Source: Sedimentisphaerales bacterium (GTDB lineage Bacteria > Planctomycetota > Phycisphaerae > Sedimentisphaerales > Anaerobacaceae). Taken from it: 64,000 nt of DNA. Under the pieces are notes generated by a model that had not been told where the DNA came from, ran no database searches, and worked only from the letters and a program-made list of their open reading frames with translations. The stretch covers positions 7,232,001 through 7,296,000 of the forward strand of contig OY970194.1 of assembly GCA_963708075.1 (NCBI GenBank), in the 5' to 3' direction. This document shows positions 19,115-30,912 of the stretch, in pieces; position 1 is the first letter of the stretch; the number at the start of each line of letters is the position of its first letter. The position numbers and the translations under genes were made by a program.

Positions 19115-21034
19115 ATGACCAGATCACGGGGCCACAAAAGGTCACAGCAAGATTCTGCAAAGAGCAAGGCGTCAATGCCCCAGGACAGGCGGCGCCTCGA
19201 TCCGGCGAGCGGTAGACACCGCGCGCTTCACGGGTGGCGGCTCTGGTGCCTGCGTACGGTAACGGCACTTGCGTCGGTAGGGGTCTTTTTGTTTCTATTG
19301 GAGGGGGGGCTTCGTCTCCTGGGCGTCGGGTACCCCACCAGGTTCTTCGTCGAGAGCGAGCAGAAGGGGATGCTCACGACGAATCTGTACTTTGGGTGGC
19401 ACTACCAGCAGGAGACGCTGACAACGCCGCAGCCTTGCCTGTTTCCCGTGACGAAACAGCCGGATGTGATCCGGGTCTTTGTGCTCGGCGAGTCCGCGGC
19501 GATGGGCACCCCCGATCCGTCCTTCGGCTTCGTCCGCATTCTCGAAGTCATGCTACGTCAGTACTTTCCCGACCGCCGCCTGGAGGTAATCAACGCGGCG
19601 ATGCGGGGCATCAACTCGCACGTCGTTGTGGACATATCGCGGGAATGTGCCGCGTTGAAGCCCGACGTGGTCGTGGTTTACATGGGCAACAACGAGGCCT
19701 GCGGCTTGTATGCTCCCACGACCCGGACCGCCTTTCTTGGCCGCCATCCGGCGTGGATCCCGGTGTTCCATTGCGTCAAACAGACACGGATCGGACAGTT
19801 GATCCGCATGGTTTTCGGGGATAGCCCGGCAGTCTCCGGGGTGTCCAGGCGGGTCCAGGCGCCGGCTTTCTTCGCAGAGCATCTGACCGAGCCGGATGGG
19901 CCTGATAGGGCGGCTGTGCATCGGAATTTCCATGATAATCTCAGACGAATCTGCGCGTGCAGCCTGGAATCCGGCGCCTCCGTCATCCTTTCGACCGTCG
20001 CGACCAACCTGCGGGACTTCCCGCCTCTCGGCTCGCTGCACGATCGCCATCTGACCGACCTGGTGCGAAAGAAGCAGTGGGAGTTGCTCTATCGCCGCGG
20101 GGTCGAATCGGAGGGCCGCGGGGACATGGCGGAGGCCATCGCCAGCTTCCGCAGGGCGGCCGATATTGACGATCATTACGCCGAGCTGCATTTCCGTCTG
20201 GCTCGCTGCTATCTCGCCACGGGCGATCGGGACGCTGCCAAACGCCACTTCCTCCATGCCAGAGACTGGGATGCCCTGCAGTTCTGTGCGGATTCCCGAC
20301 TCAATGACATTATCAGGCAGGTTGCGACGGAGTATGAAGGGCGGCGGATCTCCCTCGTGAAGGCGGAGGAGGCTATGGCCCTGAGCGAACGCTGTCCGGA
20401 TGGCATCCTTGGCGAGGAGTTCTTCTCGGAGCACGTGCATTTCCGCTTTGACGGGGACTATGAGCTGGCCCGTGCGATCCTGCCCGCCGCCGTGCAGGCG
20501 CTGGAGCGGGACCGGGGACTTCCCCCGTCGGCTTCGGCGCAGGTCCCCACGCGGGAGCAATGTGCCCGTGCGCTGGCCTTCACCCGTTGGGATGAGGTGA
20601 ATACCGCCGCCGCCATGGCCGAGCTGACATCCCGGCCGCCGTTCACCCGGCAGTTCGATCACGCCATGCGACAGGCCCGCGTCGAGAAGGACATCAAATC
20701 CGTGACGGATCGAATCGATGAGAAATTCATTGACGACGTAATACAAATCTACCGGGAAGCGATTGAGGCCAATCCCCAGGACTGGCAATTGCGATACAAC
20801 CTTGGCGCGCTGCTCCACCAGCTCAAACGGCATGACGAGGCCGCCCGCGAGCTGGAGTTCGTCGTGCGGATGCTCCCCCATGTGCCGCAGTGTCGAATTC
20901 TCCTGGGCTATGCGATGGGCAACGCCGGCCGCTGGGACCAGGCGGCGGATCAGTTCCGACAGGCGTTGAAGATAGATCGCCACAGCGGGCAGGCCCGCCA
21001 GGGTCTCACCTGGGCCCGCGGCAGGGGCCGATAG
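19115..21034 (+). CDS. Membrane-anchored SGNH-like / TPR protein
   Basis: TM helix, LGESAAMG, VIN..M.GINS, YMGNNE, EHVH, C-terminal TPRs. Start uncertain. Confidence 0.8.
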   Translation: MTRSRGHKRSQQDSAKSKASMPQDRRRLDPASGRHRALHGWRLWCLRTVTALASVGVFLFLLEGGLRLLGVGYPTRFFVESEQKGMLTTNLYFGWHYQQETLTTPQPCLFPVTKQPDVIRVFVLGESAAMGTPDPSFGFVRILEVMLRQYFPDRRLEVINAAMRGINSHVVVDISRECAALKPDVVVVYMGNNEACGLYAPTTRTAFLGRHPAWIPVFHCVKQTRIGQLIRMVFGDSPAVSGVSRRVQAPAFFAEHLTEPDGPDRAAVHRNFHDNLRRICACSLESGASVILSTVATNLRDFPPLGSLHDRHLTDLVRKKQWELLYRRGVESEGRGDMAEAIASFRRAADIDDHYAELHFRLARCYLATGDRDAAKRHFLHARDWDALQFCADSRLNDIIRQVATEYEGRRISLVKAEEAMALSERCPDGILGEEFFSEHVHFRFDGDYELARAILPAAVQALERDRGLPPSASAQVPTREQCARALAFTRWDEVNTAAAMAELTSRPPFTRQFDHAMRQARVEKDIKSVTDRIDEKFIDDVIQIYREAIEANPQDWQLRYNLGALLHQLKRHDEAARELEFVVRMLPHVPQCRILLGYAMGNAGRWDQAADQFRQALKIDRHSGQARQGLTWARGRGR

Positions 21035-21136
21035 AGTTCGCTCGCAGCGTCTGATTCGGATTTCGAGCTTCGTGCTTCAGATCTCAGCATGCGTGCATGT
21101 GCCGGCCAACTCAGACGTGTGCGCAGGGCGCATGCG

Positions 21137-21173
21137 AAAGGGGCCTGGATCCCGACGGATCCAAGCCCCTTTT
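21137..21173. terminator. Probable bidirectional intrinsic terminator
   Basis: aaaggggcctggatcc-cgac-ggatccaagcccctttt between convergent genes. Confidence 0.7.
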
Positions 21174-21248
21174 CATGACTCTGCGATGAACGCCTTCGGA
21201 TCTGCTATTTGCGATCTGCTATCTAAGCCAGTCGCAAACCACAAATCC

Positions 21249-24200
21249 TCACTTCTTAATCACACGGATGTCGTCGAAGATCAGCGTGCCGTGGCCATCC
21301 GGCTTGGGAGCGGTCCGATCGCCGACGCCGATGTACATCTTCTTGACAGCGCCCGTATTGACACCGGTGAACGCGCTGAGCGGAATTTCCCAGGCGGTCC
21401 AGACAGTGCTGAGCACGGCTTGCGGATCCGGATGTTTCACGATAGCCAGCTTCTTGGAGCTATCCTCGACAGCGACATAGAGCTGATCGAGGTCGTTGCC
21501 CGGATGGGTGATGCCGACGTCGGCCAGTGTCCATGCCCCGGTGACGTTGCCGGTTGTCGTGACATCCGAGAACACACCGATCGTGACGATCGTCGCACTG
21601 GTGTTGTGGCTGGTGACGCACAGACCAATGTCGACGGTGCTGCTCATGATCACATCGTGCGGGTTAAGCGTCGCATCGGTTCCCACGATAGTCCAGGTTT
21701 TGCCATCGGCCGACATCTCTCCCTTGAACGTGTTGCCCGTGCGGGTCAGACGGACCCAGTACGGAGCCACGAGGGCCCCGGTGCCGGTGTTGGCGCTGAC
21801 GTCGTCGCTGAGAGTGCGATGCTGGAAGGATACGCCGCTGGCCGCGGAGACCACAGTGGCCGCATTGGTCGCACCCGGTGCCAGCGTGTCACGAATCATC
21901 ACGCCCGCCTTAGCCCAGACGTCCGTCTGGACAATGCTATTGATCTTGGCGGTGATGGAGCCGTCGCCGGTGAGGGTTTTGAAAGCGAAGCGGAACTGGT
22001 CGGCGTTGTTCCAGATATCGTTGCCGGCGGCACTCATGGTGATCGTGGTGCCGTCATTGAGGAACCTGACCGGATAGCCCCGGAAGTAGAGCACCAGGGT
22101 GTTGACGCCGTTGACCTTCCAGTTCTGAGGCGAAGCCCAGGTCCGGTCGGTCTCCGGAGTAGTACGGCTGGACGATGTTGTTGAAATCGAACGGCACCGA
22201 CTGTCCGCTGCCGCCCGGATTGACGGTCGATGTTTCCATGATCGTCCCGTACGGCGTGCCGGTCGTCCAGATGTCGTGTCCGACCGTTGCGCCGCTTGCA
22301 TTGCCCGGATTGTCGGTGGAGAAGAAGTCGTCCGCCGAGAAGCCCCAGCCATCGATCCAGGTCTGGAACACGCGGCTCGGTGATTCATCGGTGTAGCTCT
22401 CGAAGTTGTCGACCACGAGGAAGTCGGCGGTCGTGAACTTCCAGACTGAGCCCTTCCACGGGCTGTCCGCACTGGCGGTATTGACTTCGTCCACTCTCCA
22501 GTAATAGGTTTTGTTCCACTCAAGAGCGCCGGGGGCAAAGGTGTTCTTGTCCAGCGCCTGGCTGCCCTGGTAGATGGCGGCGTCCGCGGTAGTGGCGGCT
22601 TCCACGGCCGCAGCGTCCTCACCGAAGTACACCTCATGAGTGACGGCGTTCTCGCCGCTGGACCACATCAGCGTTATGTCCTGCGGGACATTGGCGTCGC
22701 CGTTTCCTGGATTGGTCGGCTTGGCACGAACCGGAGGCTGCAGCGGACCGGCCGGGATGATCTGGCGAGCGATATTCGGGGTCTGCCAGGAGAACTGGGC
22801 CACGGCGCCAGCGCCGTTCTCGTAATACTCTACGACCAGTGCGTAGATGCCCGGTTCGAGATGTTGCGGGGCACTGAATGAGTCAGTCGTGCCTTGATCG
22901 ACCCAACGGTTGACGATTTGCACGTCATCGAGCCAGGCCCGAATGCCGTCATCGCTGGTGCCGATGAAGGTATAATCGTCGGCAATCGCGATCTCCAGGT
23001 CCGCCGTCCAGCGGGCCGAGAATTGATCCGTCACGCCGGCGGCCGGACCACTTCCATCAGGCCAATTGTGGTTGATTTCTGTCTCAATCTGGGTCAGGAA
23101 TGGAGCGCCCGAGGCAGCCATGTTGCGGAAGTACTCCGCCTTGACACCGCCGCCGGGGGTGTTGATGGTGAAGCTCCAGACTTCGCCTTCGTGCTTGACG
23201 TCGCTCGTGTCATACTCGTCCACGAGCCAGTAATAGACGGTGCCCGCCACCAGAGTAGGCAGGTCGAGCTGCGGGACCGGCAACTTGTCGCCCTTCTTGA
23301 CACTGGCGTCGCGACCGGCCACGGCGTTCTTGTCGGTGCTGAAGTATACGTCATGGGACGCAGCATTGGTTCCGGGCTGCCAGACCAAATCGCCATCCGG
23401 ATCGATCCACTTGTCGCCGTTGCGCGGTGTGGGGCCGAAGGCGGATAGCGGAGCAGCCACGAAACTCCAGACCTCGCCCTGGTGGATCGTGCCGCTGGAC
23501 TCGATTTCATCGACCCTCCAATAGTAGGTCGTGCCCGGGGTCAGCGGAACCATATGGAAGAACGTGGTCGATGTCTGACGGATGATCTTCGGCGGGTTCG
23601 GATCGGTTCCGAAATACACGTCGTGCGCTCCGGCTGTGACGCCCTTTGTCCACGACAGTATGGTTATCCCCGGCATCAGCACGCCCGTCGCGTTATTAGC
23701 CGGATTCGGTTCCCGGGCGTTGAACATCGGCTCCGGGTCCCGGATCCACGGGAACAGATACTTGCCGGCGATGAAGGTGGGGCTGGTGCCGATGCCCGGG
23801 CCGGCCCAGGCGACGCTCATGTGACCGCCGCCGGTGCCATCCGAGAACATGGCCTCGGTGTAATACCGCTTGCCCGCTTCCAGCTTGATGGGCGTCTTGG
23901 ACTTCTGATTGGCGCCGGGAACGCCCGTCGTGCCGGCGTAGTTCTGGTAGTCGGTCCAGCCTTCGACGCTGCAGATCAGCGTGATATTGCCCGGCTTGTC
24001 ATCGGTGCTCAGCCAGAACTCGCTGTAATCGTCGCTGGCGATCCAGAACGTGTAATCGCCTGTCTGGAGCGGCTGGATATATCCACGATAGCGCTCGCCC
24101 CAGTAATCGTTGGCCGAGAGGTCCGGCTGATCATAGTTGTCGTCCCAGAAACTCATCACTGGGTTGTCAGGATAGTTGGCGTTGTTCTTGAGAGTTGTGA

Positions 24201-24330
24201 GGTTGTCGCTTACTCCGCCGCCTACCCATCTTTCCACGAGAATGAAGCCCTTGCCCGGCTGGGCGATGGCGGGAGCCACCAGTCCCAGAATGACAAGAGC
24301 AATCACGAGAGAATGCAGTTTTTTACTCAT
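21249..24330 (-). CDS. Large secreted protein with two PA14 domains and YYWRVDE modules (frameshift at ~22155)
   Basis: Signal peptide, PA14 motifs ASDD and TSDDG, repeated HDVYFG/YYWRVDE. Removing one base restores PYYS-ETDRT and joins ORFs 22054..24330 and 21249..22637. Confidence 0.82.
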
Positions 24331-24694
24331 AATGTCCCTCCTTCAAAAGGGAACCATGCTACGCGTCCCGGCGCACGCCGGGAACCGAACGTTTCCCCAT
24401 TATCGACACGAAGACAAGGTGACTTGATCCTCCGTGCGGGGCAGTCTCCTATGGAGACGACGAAAGGTACTTCCATTGCTCAAAACATGGATGCGCAATT
24501 CGTCCCAGAGAGAGCACACCTCCTTTCTGTATCCACTCCTCTTGATATGCCAAGTCGAGATGTATGAAATACGTCTGTGGCGTCGAACGCCATTGCAGAG
24601 TCTCCTTCCTCCACATCACGTACTCCATCGTACGGATCGGATGACTGTACTTTGGGTCTTCGCAGGCCACACCCACGGTCCGGTTTCAACTTAA

Positions 24695-24723
24695 TTTATA
24701 TCACGGACGCATCTTCAGGTCAA
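24695..24723 (-). promoter_or_regulatory. Putative sigma70 promoter (~360-nt leader)
   Basis: TTGACC-N17-TATAAA with TG extension. Confidence 0.5.
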
Positions 24724-24963
24724 CCCTCATTGCGTTTTTTCTACATTGTCTGCTTCGCCAGGGGGGGCCTATCCCCACCCCCTGGCACCACCGGCAATGT
24801 GCTTCTTGGCGTCCCCCTGATCTTCGCCGATGGCGTCTCGGGCTTGCACCCCATATATTGTGCCACAATACTTGCCGGATGTGACGGTCCATGTGACAAT
24901 ATGGCCTGGGAACACGTTTGTTTGTGAGAAACGCCCATCGGAACCTGTCAAAGGAGGTAAGTC

Positions 24964-25914
24964 ATGAGGTCCAGAGCGCGTCTGTTGAAGGTATGTATCC
25001 GGCTGGTTGCCCTTGCCGGGGTCCTGTTGCTTGTGTCCACGTTTTTCGCCGGCGGGCGGGTGGGAGCGGCCCCGGGCGATGACGGCAAGCTCCGTATCAT
25101 CGTTTTCGGGGCCCATCCGGACGACTGCGAGCTCAAGGCGGGGGGCACGGCGGCGCTCTGGGCGGCCCAGGGCCACCACGTGAAATTCGTCTCTGTGACC
25201 AATGGCGACATCGGTCATGCCACGATGGCGGGGGGGCCGCTGGCCAAACGCCGGACCGCGGAGGTCAAGAAGGCCGCCGAGGTTCTCGGCATCGAGAGCG
25301 AAGTGCTCGATATCCACGACGGCGAGCTGATGCCCACGCTGGAGAACCGCAAGTGGTTCGTCCGCCTGATCCGCCAGTGGAAGGCGGACATCGTCATGGG
25401 CCACCGACCGAACGACTACCATCCCGACCACCGCTACACGGGCGTCCTGATGCAGGATGCAGCGTACATGGTGACCGTGGCACACTATTGCCCGGACGTC
25501 CCGCAACTGTCCCGCAATCCAGTGTTCCTGTACCTCTCCGACGGCTTCCAGAAGCCCAACCCGTTCTCGCCGGACATCGTCGTACCCATCGACACTGTCT
25601 TTGAGAAGAAGACCGAGGCCATCTGGCAACTGGAGTCGCAGATCGAGTCGCTCTGGGCGACGGGCAATTTCGAGAAGGTGGTGCCAATCCCGGATGACCC
25701 GGCTGGGCGCGAGCAGCGGCGCAAACGGCAATGGGATCGTCAGGCCGGCCGCGACGGCGGTGTCGCCAAAACCTATCGCCAGAAGCTCGTGGAACTCAAC
25801 GGACAGGACAAGGCGGAACAGGTCAAGTACGCCGAGGCGTTCGAACTCTGTGAGTACGGCCGCCGGCCCTCCATCGACGAGTTGAAGAAGCTCTTCCCCA
25901 CGCCGAAGGATTGA
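24964..25914 (+). CDS. Secreted PIG-L/LmbE-family deacetylase
   Basis: AAGGAGGT RBS; GAHPDD, TNGD.G, R..E, YHPDH. Confidence 0.92.
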   Translation: MRSRARLLKVCIRLVALAGVLLLVSTFFAGGRVGAAPGDDGKLRIIVFGAHPDDCELKAGGTAALWAAQGHHVKFVSVTNGDIGHATMAGGPLAKRRTAEVKKAAEVLGIESEVLDIHDGELMPTLENRKWFVRLIRQWKADIVMGHRPNDYHPDHRYTGVLMQDAAYMVTVAHYCPDVPQLSRNPVFLYLSDGFQKPNPFSPDIVVPIDTVFEKKTEAIWQLESQIESLWATGNFEKVVPIPDDPAGREQRRKRQWDRQAGRDGGVAKTYRQKLVELNGQDKAEQVKYAEAFELCEYGRRPSIDELKKLFPTPKD

Positions 25915-26062
25915 CATGATTCTTTGATCCTCAGGTATTCAAAGCACAGGCCCCTGGACTTCGGGTGGCAACGGCAACCGCGCTCGTGGTGGCGCCGCAA
26001 GGCGTTGATTCGCATGTCCTTACGGGCACACTACGAACCTGGTCTTCGGCCTTGGCGCTGTA

Positions 26063-27313
26063 TCAGGCGTTCTGAGGGACGGGTTTGAGGCCTACGACCT
26101 GGGTGCGGGCGTTGGCGATGAGGTTAAGCATTTGGTCGGCCTGCTTGCGAATCGCGGGGTCGGAGCTGATCACGCGGGAGCTCCACTTGGCGTACTCGCG
26201 GTTCAACTGGTGGCGGGCCTGCTCCTGGCTCATTTCCTCCGTAAGGCCGAGGACAATCTCCGAGTCCTGGCTGGCGTGCATGTGCACGGGCAGAATCTTC
26301 TCGACCATCGTGCGAAGGCGCGTCCGGTCGATCACGAGACAGGCCGCCAGTTGCTTCAGGAGCAGCATCTCGGAGCCGGTCACCTGCCCCTTGGCGCCGG
26401 CGACCCTCAGGCACAGGTCCATGATCTCGATCCTGCCAATCATGGGGGCGATCTCCACGATCTCGCGGCAGATTTCATCAAGGTTGAGTCGTCCGCCCCT
26501 GCGGAAGAAGGTGGCCGTCTTCTGCATGGCGCGATCGAGCTCGCTGTGCGCGGTGGGCGAGGCTTGGCCCGCTCCGAAATTCGTGCGCACCCATCCCTCG
26601 ATGAGGAGGACTTCAGACTCGGGCAGCTCGTTGTCCGCCGCCGCAACGCTGAAGGCTAGGCCCACCGCCAGGGTCTTGGCCCGCTGGATATTGTCCTCAA
26701 TATCGAGGTATCCAACTTCCACACTCTCGAAGCACGTAATGCAACGAGCGGACGCGAGCCGTTGCCCCCTCGCCTGCGAGAGGATGGCGACGTCGCTTTG
26801 CAGCCGCCGGCTGCCCTGGCGGGGCAGTACAAACCATTCCGGGGAAAGCTGGGCAACCACCGTCCAGTCGGCCAGGGTGGTCGTCTTGTGGCAGAGCTTG
26901 CCCATTGTGCTTTGATGGGTGAACAGAGAGGATGTTTGCAGCGGCCCGTTTTTAGGACGGTTCAGGACGGGCAATGGCGGGACCGCGGCGTCGGTGACAT
27001 CGCTCAGCGACACCTGCAGCCGTACCTCGTGGTCGTCGTCGGGAGCCTCGATCGTTCCGCAGATCTCGACGATAAGAGTGGACCGCCACGAGTCACCATC
27101 CGCCTGGCGTCCGATCCGCACGCGTGTGTTGAGCACTGTGGGGTCAACCGGCGTATATACGTCGGCGGGGCCGTCTGCCTCGCGGCGCATCCCGGTGGGA
27201 CACCCGATTTGTTCGAGACACTTGCGTAAGCCGCCGCCGGCGGCGAGGGGGGAGTCCCCGTTGCCTCGTAAGGCCGACCACACTCGGCGAATCAGTGAGC
27301 CAACGATATGCAT
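26063..27313 (-). CDS. TerB-domain protein with C-terminal degenerate J-like domain (DjlA-like)
   Basis: TerB repeats AAADNEL.ESE and AGAKGQVTGSE; C-terminal VLGL...QEQARHQLNREYAKW...ADQMLNLIANAR, with no HPD. Start uncertain. Confidence 0.7.
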   Translation of the reverse strand: MHIVGSLIRRVWSALRGNGDSPLAAGGGLRKCLEQIGCPTGMRREADGPADVYTPVDPTVLNTRVRIGRQADGDSWRSTLIVEICGTIEAPDDDHEVRLQVSLSDVTDAAVPPLPVLNRPKNGPLQTSSLFTHQSTMGKLCHKTTTLADWTVVAQLSPEWFVLPRQGSRRLQSDVAILSQARGQRLASARCITCFESVEVGYLDIEDNIQRAKTLAVGLAFSVAAADNELPESEVLLIEGWVRTNFGAGQASPTAHSELDRAMQKTATFFRRGGRLNLDEICREIVEIAPMIGRIEIMDLCLRVAGAKGQVTGSEMLLLKQLAACLVIDRTRLRTMVEKILPVHMHASQDSEIVLGLTEEMSQEQARHQLNREYAKWSSRVISSDPAIRKQADQMLNLIANARTQVVGLKPVPQNA

Positions 27314-27398
27314 ATATTTATTTACGCCTGCAACTTGCGGCCGTGTCACGGGCTTCCAGCCCACGAGTCAAAGGCGGGATGCCTTCGACCCGAGCGAC

Positions 27399-28945
27399 TT
27401 ATTGGACTTTGAACGGCTGCAATTCCTTCATTTTCTGGTCTGTGCTGCTGCCAGCTACAGCTCCGTCCTGGCCCAGGGAGAAATCGACTTCGAGGATCCG
27501 GCCGGACTCAATGTCCTCGAATCGGCAGTGCATTCTCTGGTTTAAGTCATAGCTGTAAGTCACCTTGATAGGCCGCTCCGGCGGCCGGTCCGGCGGCAGG
27601 TCAAAGCTGTGCGTGGCGATCCTGTTGACGTACGCAGGGTCCGCATCCTCGCCCTGGGTGACCGTCACTTCCACGCGCTTCTGGCCCTGTGTGACGGTGT
27701 AGAAGGTCTGGGAGGCCTCGCAGGGCAGCGGCGTGTTCTTCTTCAGGATGATCTTGTTCTGGATGATGCGCTGGCCGGTCTCCTTGTCGATCGGGGCGCA
27801 GAGCGTGCCGTAGCTGTGGTTGCACACGTCCGTCAGGGTGATGTCCTTAAGGCCGGCGGCAATGCCCTGGGGCACTTCATCGGGCTTCTCCCGCATCATG
27901 ACCAGCCCGGCGTGCAGCGCTGCGCCAGCGCGACGCACTCATCCACGTTCACGCCCACCTCCGGCGGGAAGCCGAAGATCTCCTCAAGGTGGGTGCGCAC
28001 CAGTGGCACACGTGTGCTTCCGCCGACGAGCAGGACCGTATTGATGTCCGAGGGCTTCAAGCCCGCCTCCTCCAGTGCGACCTCCACGAGCATGTCGGCC
28101 CGGGCCACCAGGGGAGTGATCGCCTCCTCGAACATCTCGCGAGTGATCTCGACGCGCAGACTGCCGGCCTGGCCGTAGAGCATCTTCTTGGCCGCAGGCC
28201 GTCGCGACAGTGTCTTCTTGATATCCTCCGCCTCGTCCTCGTACTTGGCCTTTTCCTCCTCTGTGGTGATCAGCTCCGCATTGAACTGGTCCTTGTACAG
28301 CTTCTGGAGGATTTCGAGAACCTTGCGGTCGAAGTCGATGCCGCCGAGGGCGTGGTCGCCCTGGGAGCAGATGATGTCCATCTGGAGCCCGTTGACGTCC
28401 ATGATGGTGACGTCGAAGGTACCTCCGCCGAGGTCATAGGCGAGGACCTTGCCGGAGACCTCACGCGTCGTGGCGTAGCATAGGGCGGCGGCCACCGGCT
28501 CGTTGACGATGCCGATGACGTTAAACCCCACAGCCGACCCGGCGTCCATGACGGCCTTACGGCGAACCTCGTCGAAGTGGGCGGGCACGGAGATCACGGC
28601 GTCGCGAATCTCCCCGCACTGGGCGGAACAGTCCTGCCGGACCTTCTTGAGAATCAGCGCCGACAGCTCTGTCGGGGTCCAGTCCCTGCCGTCAATTTTC
28701 ACCGTGTAATCGGTGCCAATGTGCCGCTTGATCCAGCGGACGGCACGCGAGGGATTCAGATAGCGCGAATTAAGCGCCTCGATCCCGATGCGGATCATCT
28801 CCGGATTCTCTTCATCGAAGAAGATGGCGGACGGGGTAAGTCGGTCTCCGTCTGCGTTCGGAACGATTTCGGGCTTGCCAATAGAGTTGAGCATCGCCAG
28901 AGAAGAGAAGGTGGTTCCCAGATCTATGCCGACGATGTTGGCCAT
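27399..28945 (-). CDS. Hsp70/DnaK-family paralogue lacking the C-terminal lid (frameshift at ~27925)
   Basis: GIDLGTT, VPAHF, NEPVAAA, YDLGGGTFD, LVGGSTRVP. One added base restores ECVALGAALHA into the substrate-binding domain; ~515 aa. Confidence 0.9.
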
Positions 28946-29008
28946 AAAACTCTCCTAGGTTGTGCCTTTCGGCGTGCTTCGTGTCACGAGCAGTGCTCCT
29001 GACATCAC

Positions 29009-30537
29009 TCAGCCGAACAGCTTTACTTGCGCCGTTCGGACAATTTTGAAGTTCTCATCATCAATCATATATCGATAGCCGGGACGCAGGACTTTTGCGA
29101 TCCTGCCCGCGTTCTCCGGCTTACTGGACGGTTGTTTTTCCTTGACGGCCTCGGCGAGCTTCTCCTGGCCCCGATAATCACTGTTGACCTGGGGATCAAA
29201 CCGCTCCACGCCGCTGGATTCCAGGGCAAAGATCAGCTCGTCGCGAATTTCTTCGAGATGGCCGGTGGCCTCGTCGTCCTGGCCAAGGTCTTCAATACGT
29301 TTCTCGACATTGTCGAGGCATCGGATCACCCGCAGACAGAAGGTCCGGATGATGCCCCAGTCGTAGCCGTCCTGGAGCTTCTCGACGCGGCCCTGCTGCG
29401 AGGCGGCATAATCGCGGATCGCCGAGAACCTGCTGTGCCAGCTCTTTGAGCGTGCTGCTGAGCGGCTCGGACTGTTCCCGCGTGGCTTGCTGGACGACAG
29501 TCTGAGCCACCTCTTTGAATTCGGCCAGTTGTTTTTGCAGGTCTTCCGCCTGCTCTTTCAGACCATGCGGCGAATCCGGCATGCGTTCCTCTCGTTCCAG
29601 CGTGCAGACTGCCGGCTGGCGGCTGAACTGCGGGGCTGCGACAGTATCTTCGTAAGCGCCGTCTCGTACCGAGTTGACCGACCACTGCATGTCCGGGGAC
29701 CATTCCTGGCTCGATGGCTCATCGGACATCAGGATGGCCGTAGGGTTCTCGTCCGGGGCCTTGCGCACCATCAGGGTAGGGCGTCTGGTTGTGGTATAGG
29801 TGCCCAGTGTGCGGGGCAGGAATCCTTCGTCATGCAACTTTTGAGGGCCGGGTTCCGGCGTGTTATTGGACGGTGGGACTAACGCCAGGCCGCGAGGTTT
29901 GCTCGTCGGTTCGGCCGGTGCGGCACTGGAAGTCTCGGCGGGCGACTTCGGCCGGAATCTCTGTCAATTCCGGGGCTTCTGGCGGAGTTGGCGCTGGTTC
30001 CTCCGGCCGCGACCGCCGGGCACGGATTGCACGCACCAGCCGCATGAGAGTGTACGCAAGCCAGATCACGCAGCACCCGCCCACGATCGTCCCTCCGATG
30101 GAAATGCAGACGATGGACGTGGTGTGCGCGATTTCCTTCTGCTCCTGGAGTTTCTGGTATTTTCGGACCTCCTCTTCCCAACCTGCGCCATAGATGAAGT
30201 CGGCGATTTCCCCCGAGCTGACCTGGCCGGCGGCGAGTTTCTCGATGTCCACCGTGCGTCTGGCCTGTTGCTCCTGAGTGAACTGCTGGCTGGTCTTGCC
30301 CTGACGTTCCTTGTCCATTTCGAGCACGAGCCGGGTCTGTTCCTCGGGACTCAGCAGGTGCCAGCGGCCGTACTTGTTCAGGTACTCCTCGGGCTTGATC
30401 GAGTACTTCGTCCTCAGATCTCGTGCCCGGGCCTCTTCGCTCCGTGTCTCTTTGATGAGCCATCCGAGCGCAAGGCCTCCGACGAGTAGGACAGCCAAGC
30501 CAAGTATTGCACACTTCTTCAGCATGATCAGCAGCAA
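29009..30537 (-). CDS. Membrane-anchored GrpE-like protein (frameshifts at ~29950 and ~29427)
   Basis: Two hydrophobic helices, Pro-rich linker, coiled coil, then GrpE motif FDP...EAV...IAKVLRPGY...VRTAQV. Three ORF pieces join by single-base shifts. Confidence 0.72.
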
Positions 30538-30912
30538 TCTGTAAACATTAATTGACCTGATTCTTCATTAACATTCGGCTCGGGCATCGTGCCGGTTGAG
30601 AAAAAGCTCGGCGCGGCGCATGCCGCCGGGTGCCGTACCCCGCGTTCGCGCGGCCCTATTTGCCGTCAAGGCCGGACCATGCCTGCGCAAGCGCAACTCC
30701 AGCGCCTTGGCTATGGCATGGGAACACCCGCGCCAACCGCCTATCAAAATATAGAAAATGGCCGCACGGGACCAAACGTCCGCATCTGAGAGGTTATATA
30801 GCCTGTGCAAGCGGTGGGATAGGTAACACGGAGACAGGAAGCCCGGCGAGTTTTTCTCAGCGCAACCCGGGGCAAGAGGTCAGATTGTCCGATAAAGCGT
30901 CACGGACACGTT

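Noticed and set aside
24432..24470. Cobalamin-riboswitch-like ACUGCCCCGCA
   Set aside because: The GGGAA core and the B12-box arrangement are absent.
27399..28945. Housekeeping dnaK
   Set aside because: Too short, no lid, divergent substrate-binding domain and no canonical dnaJ; treated as a paralogue.
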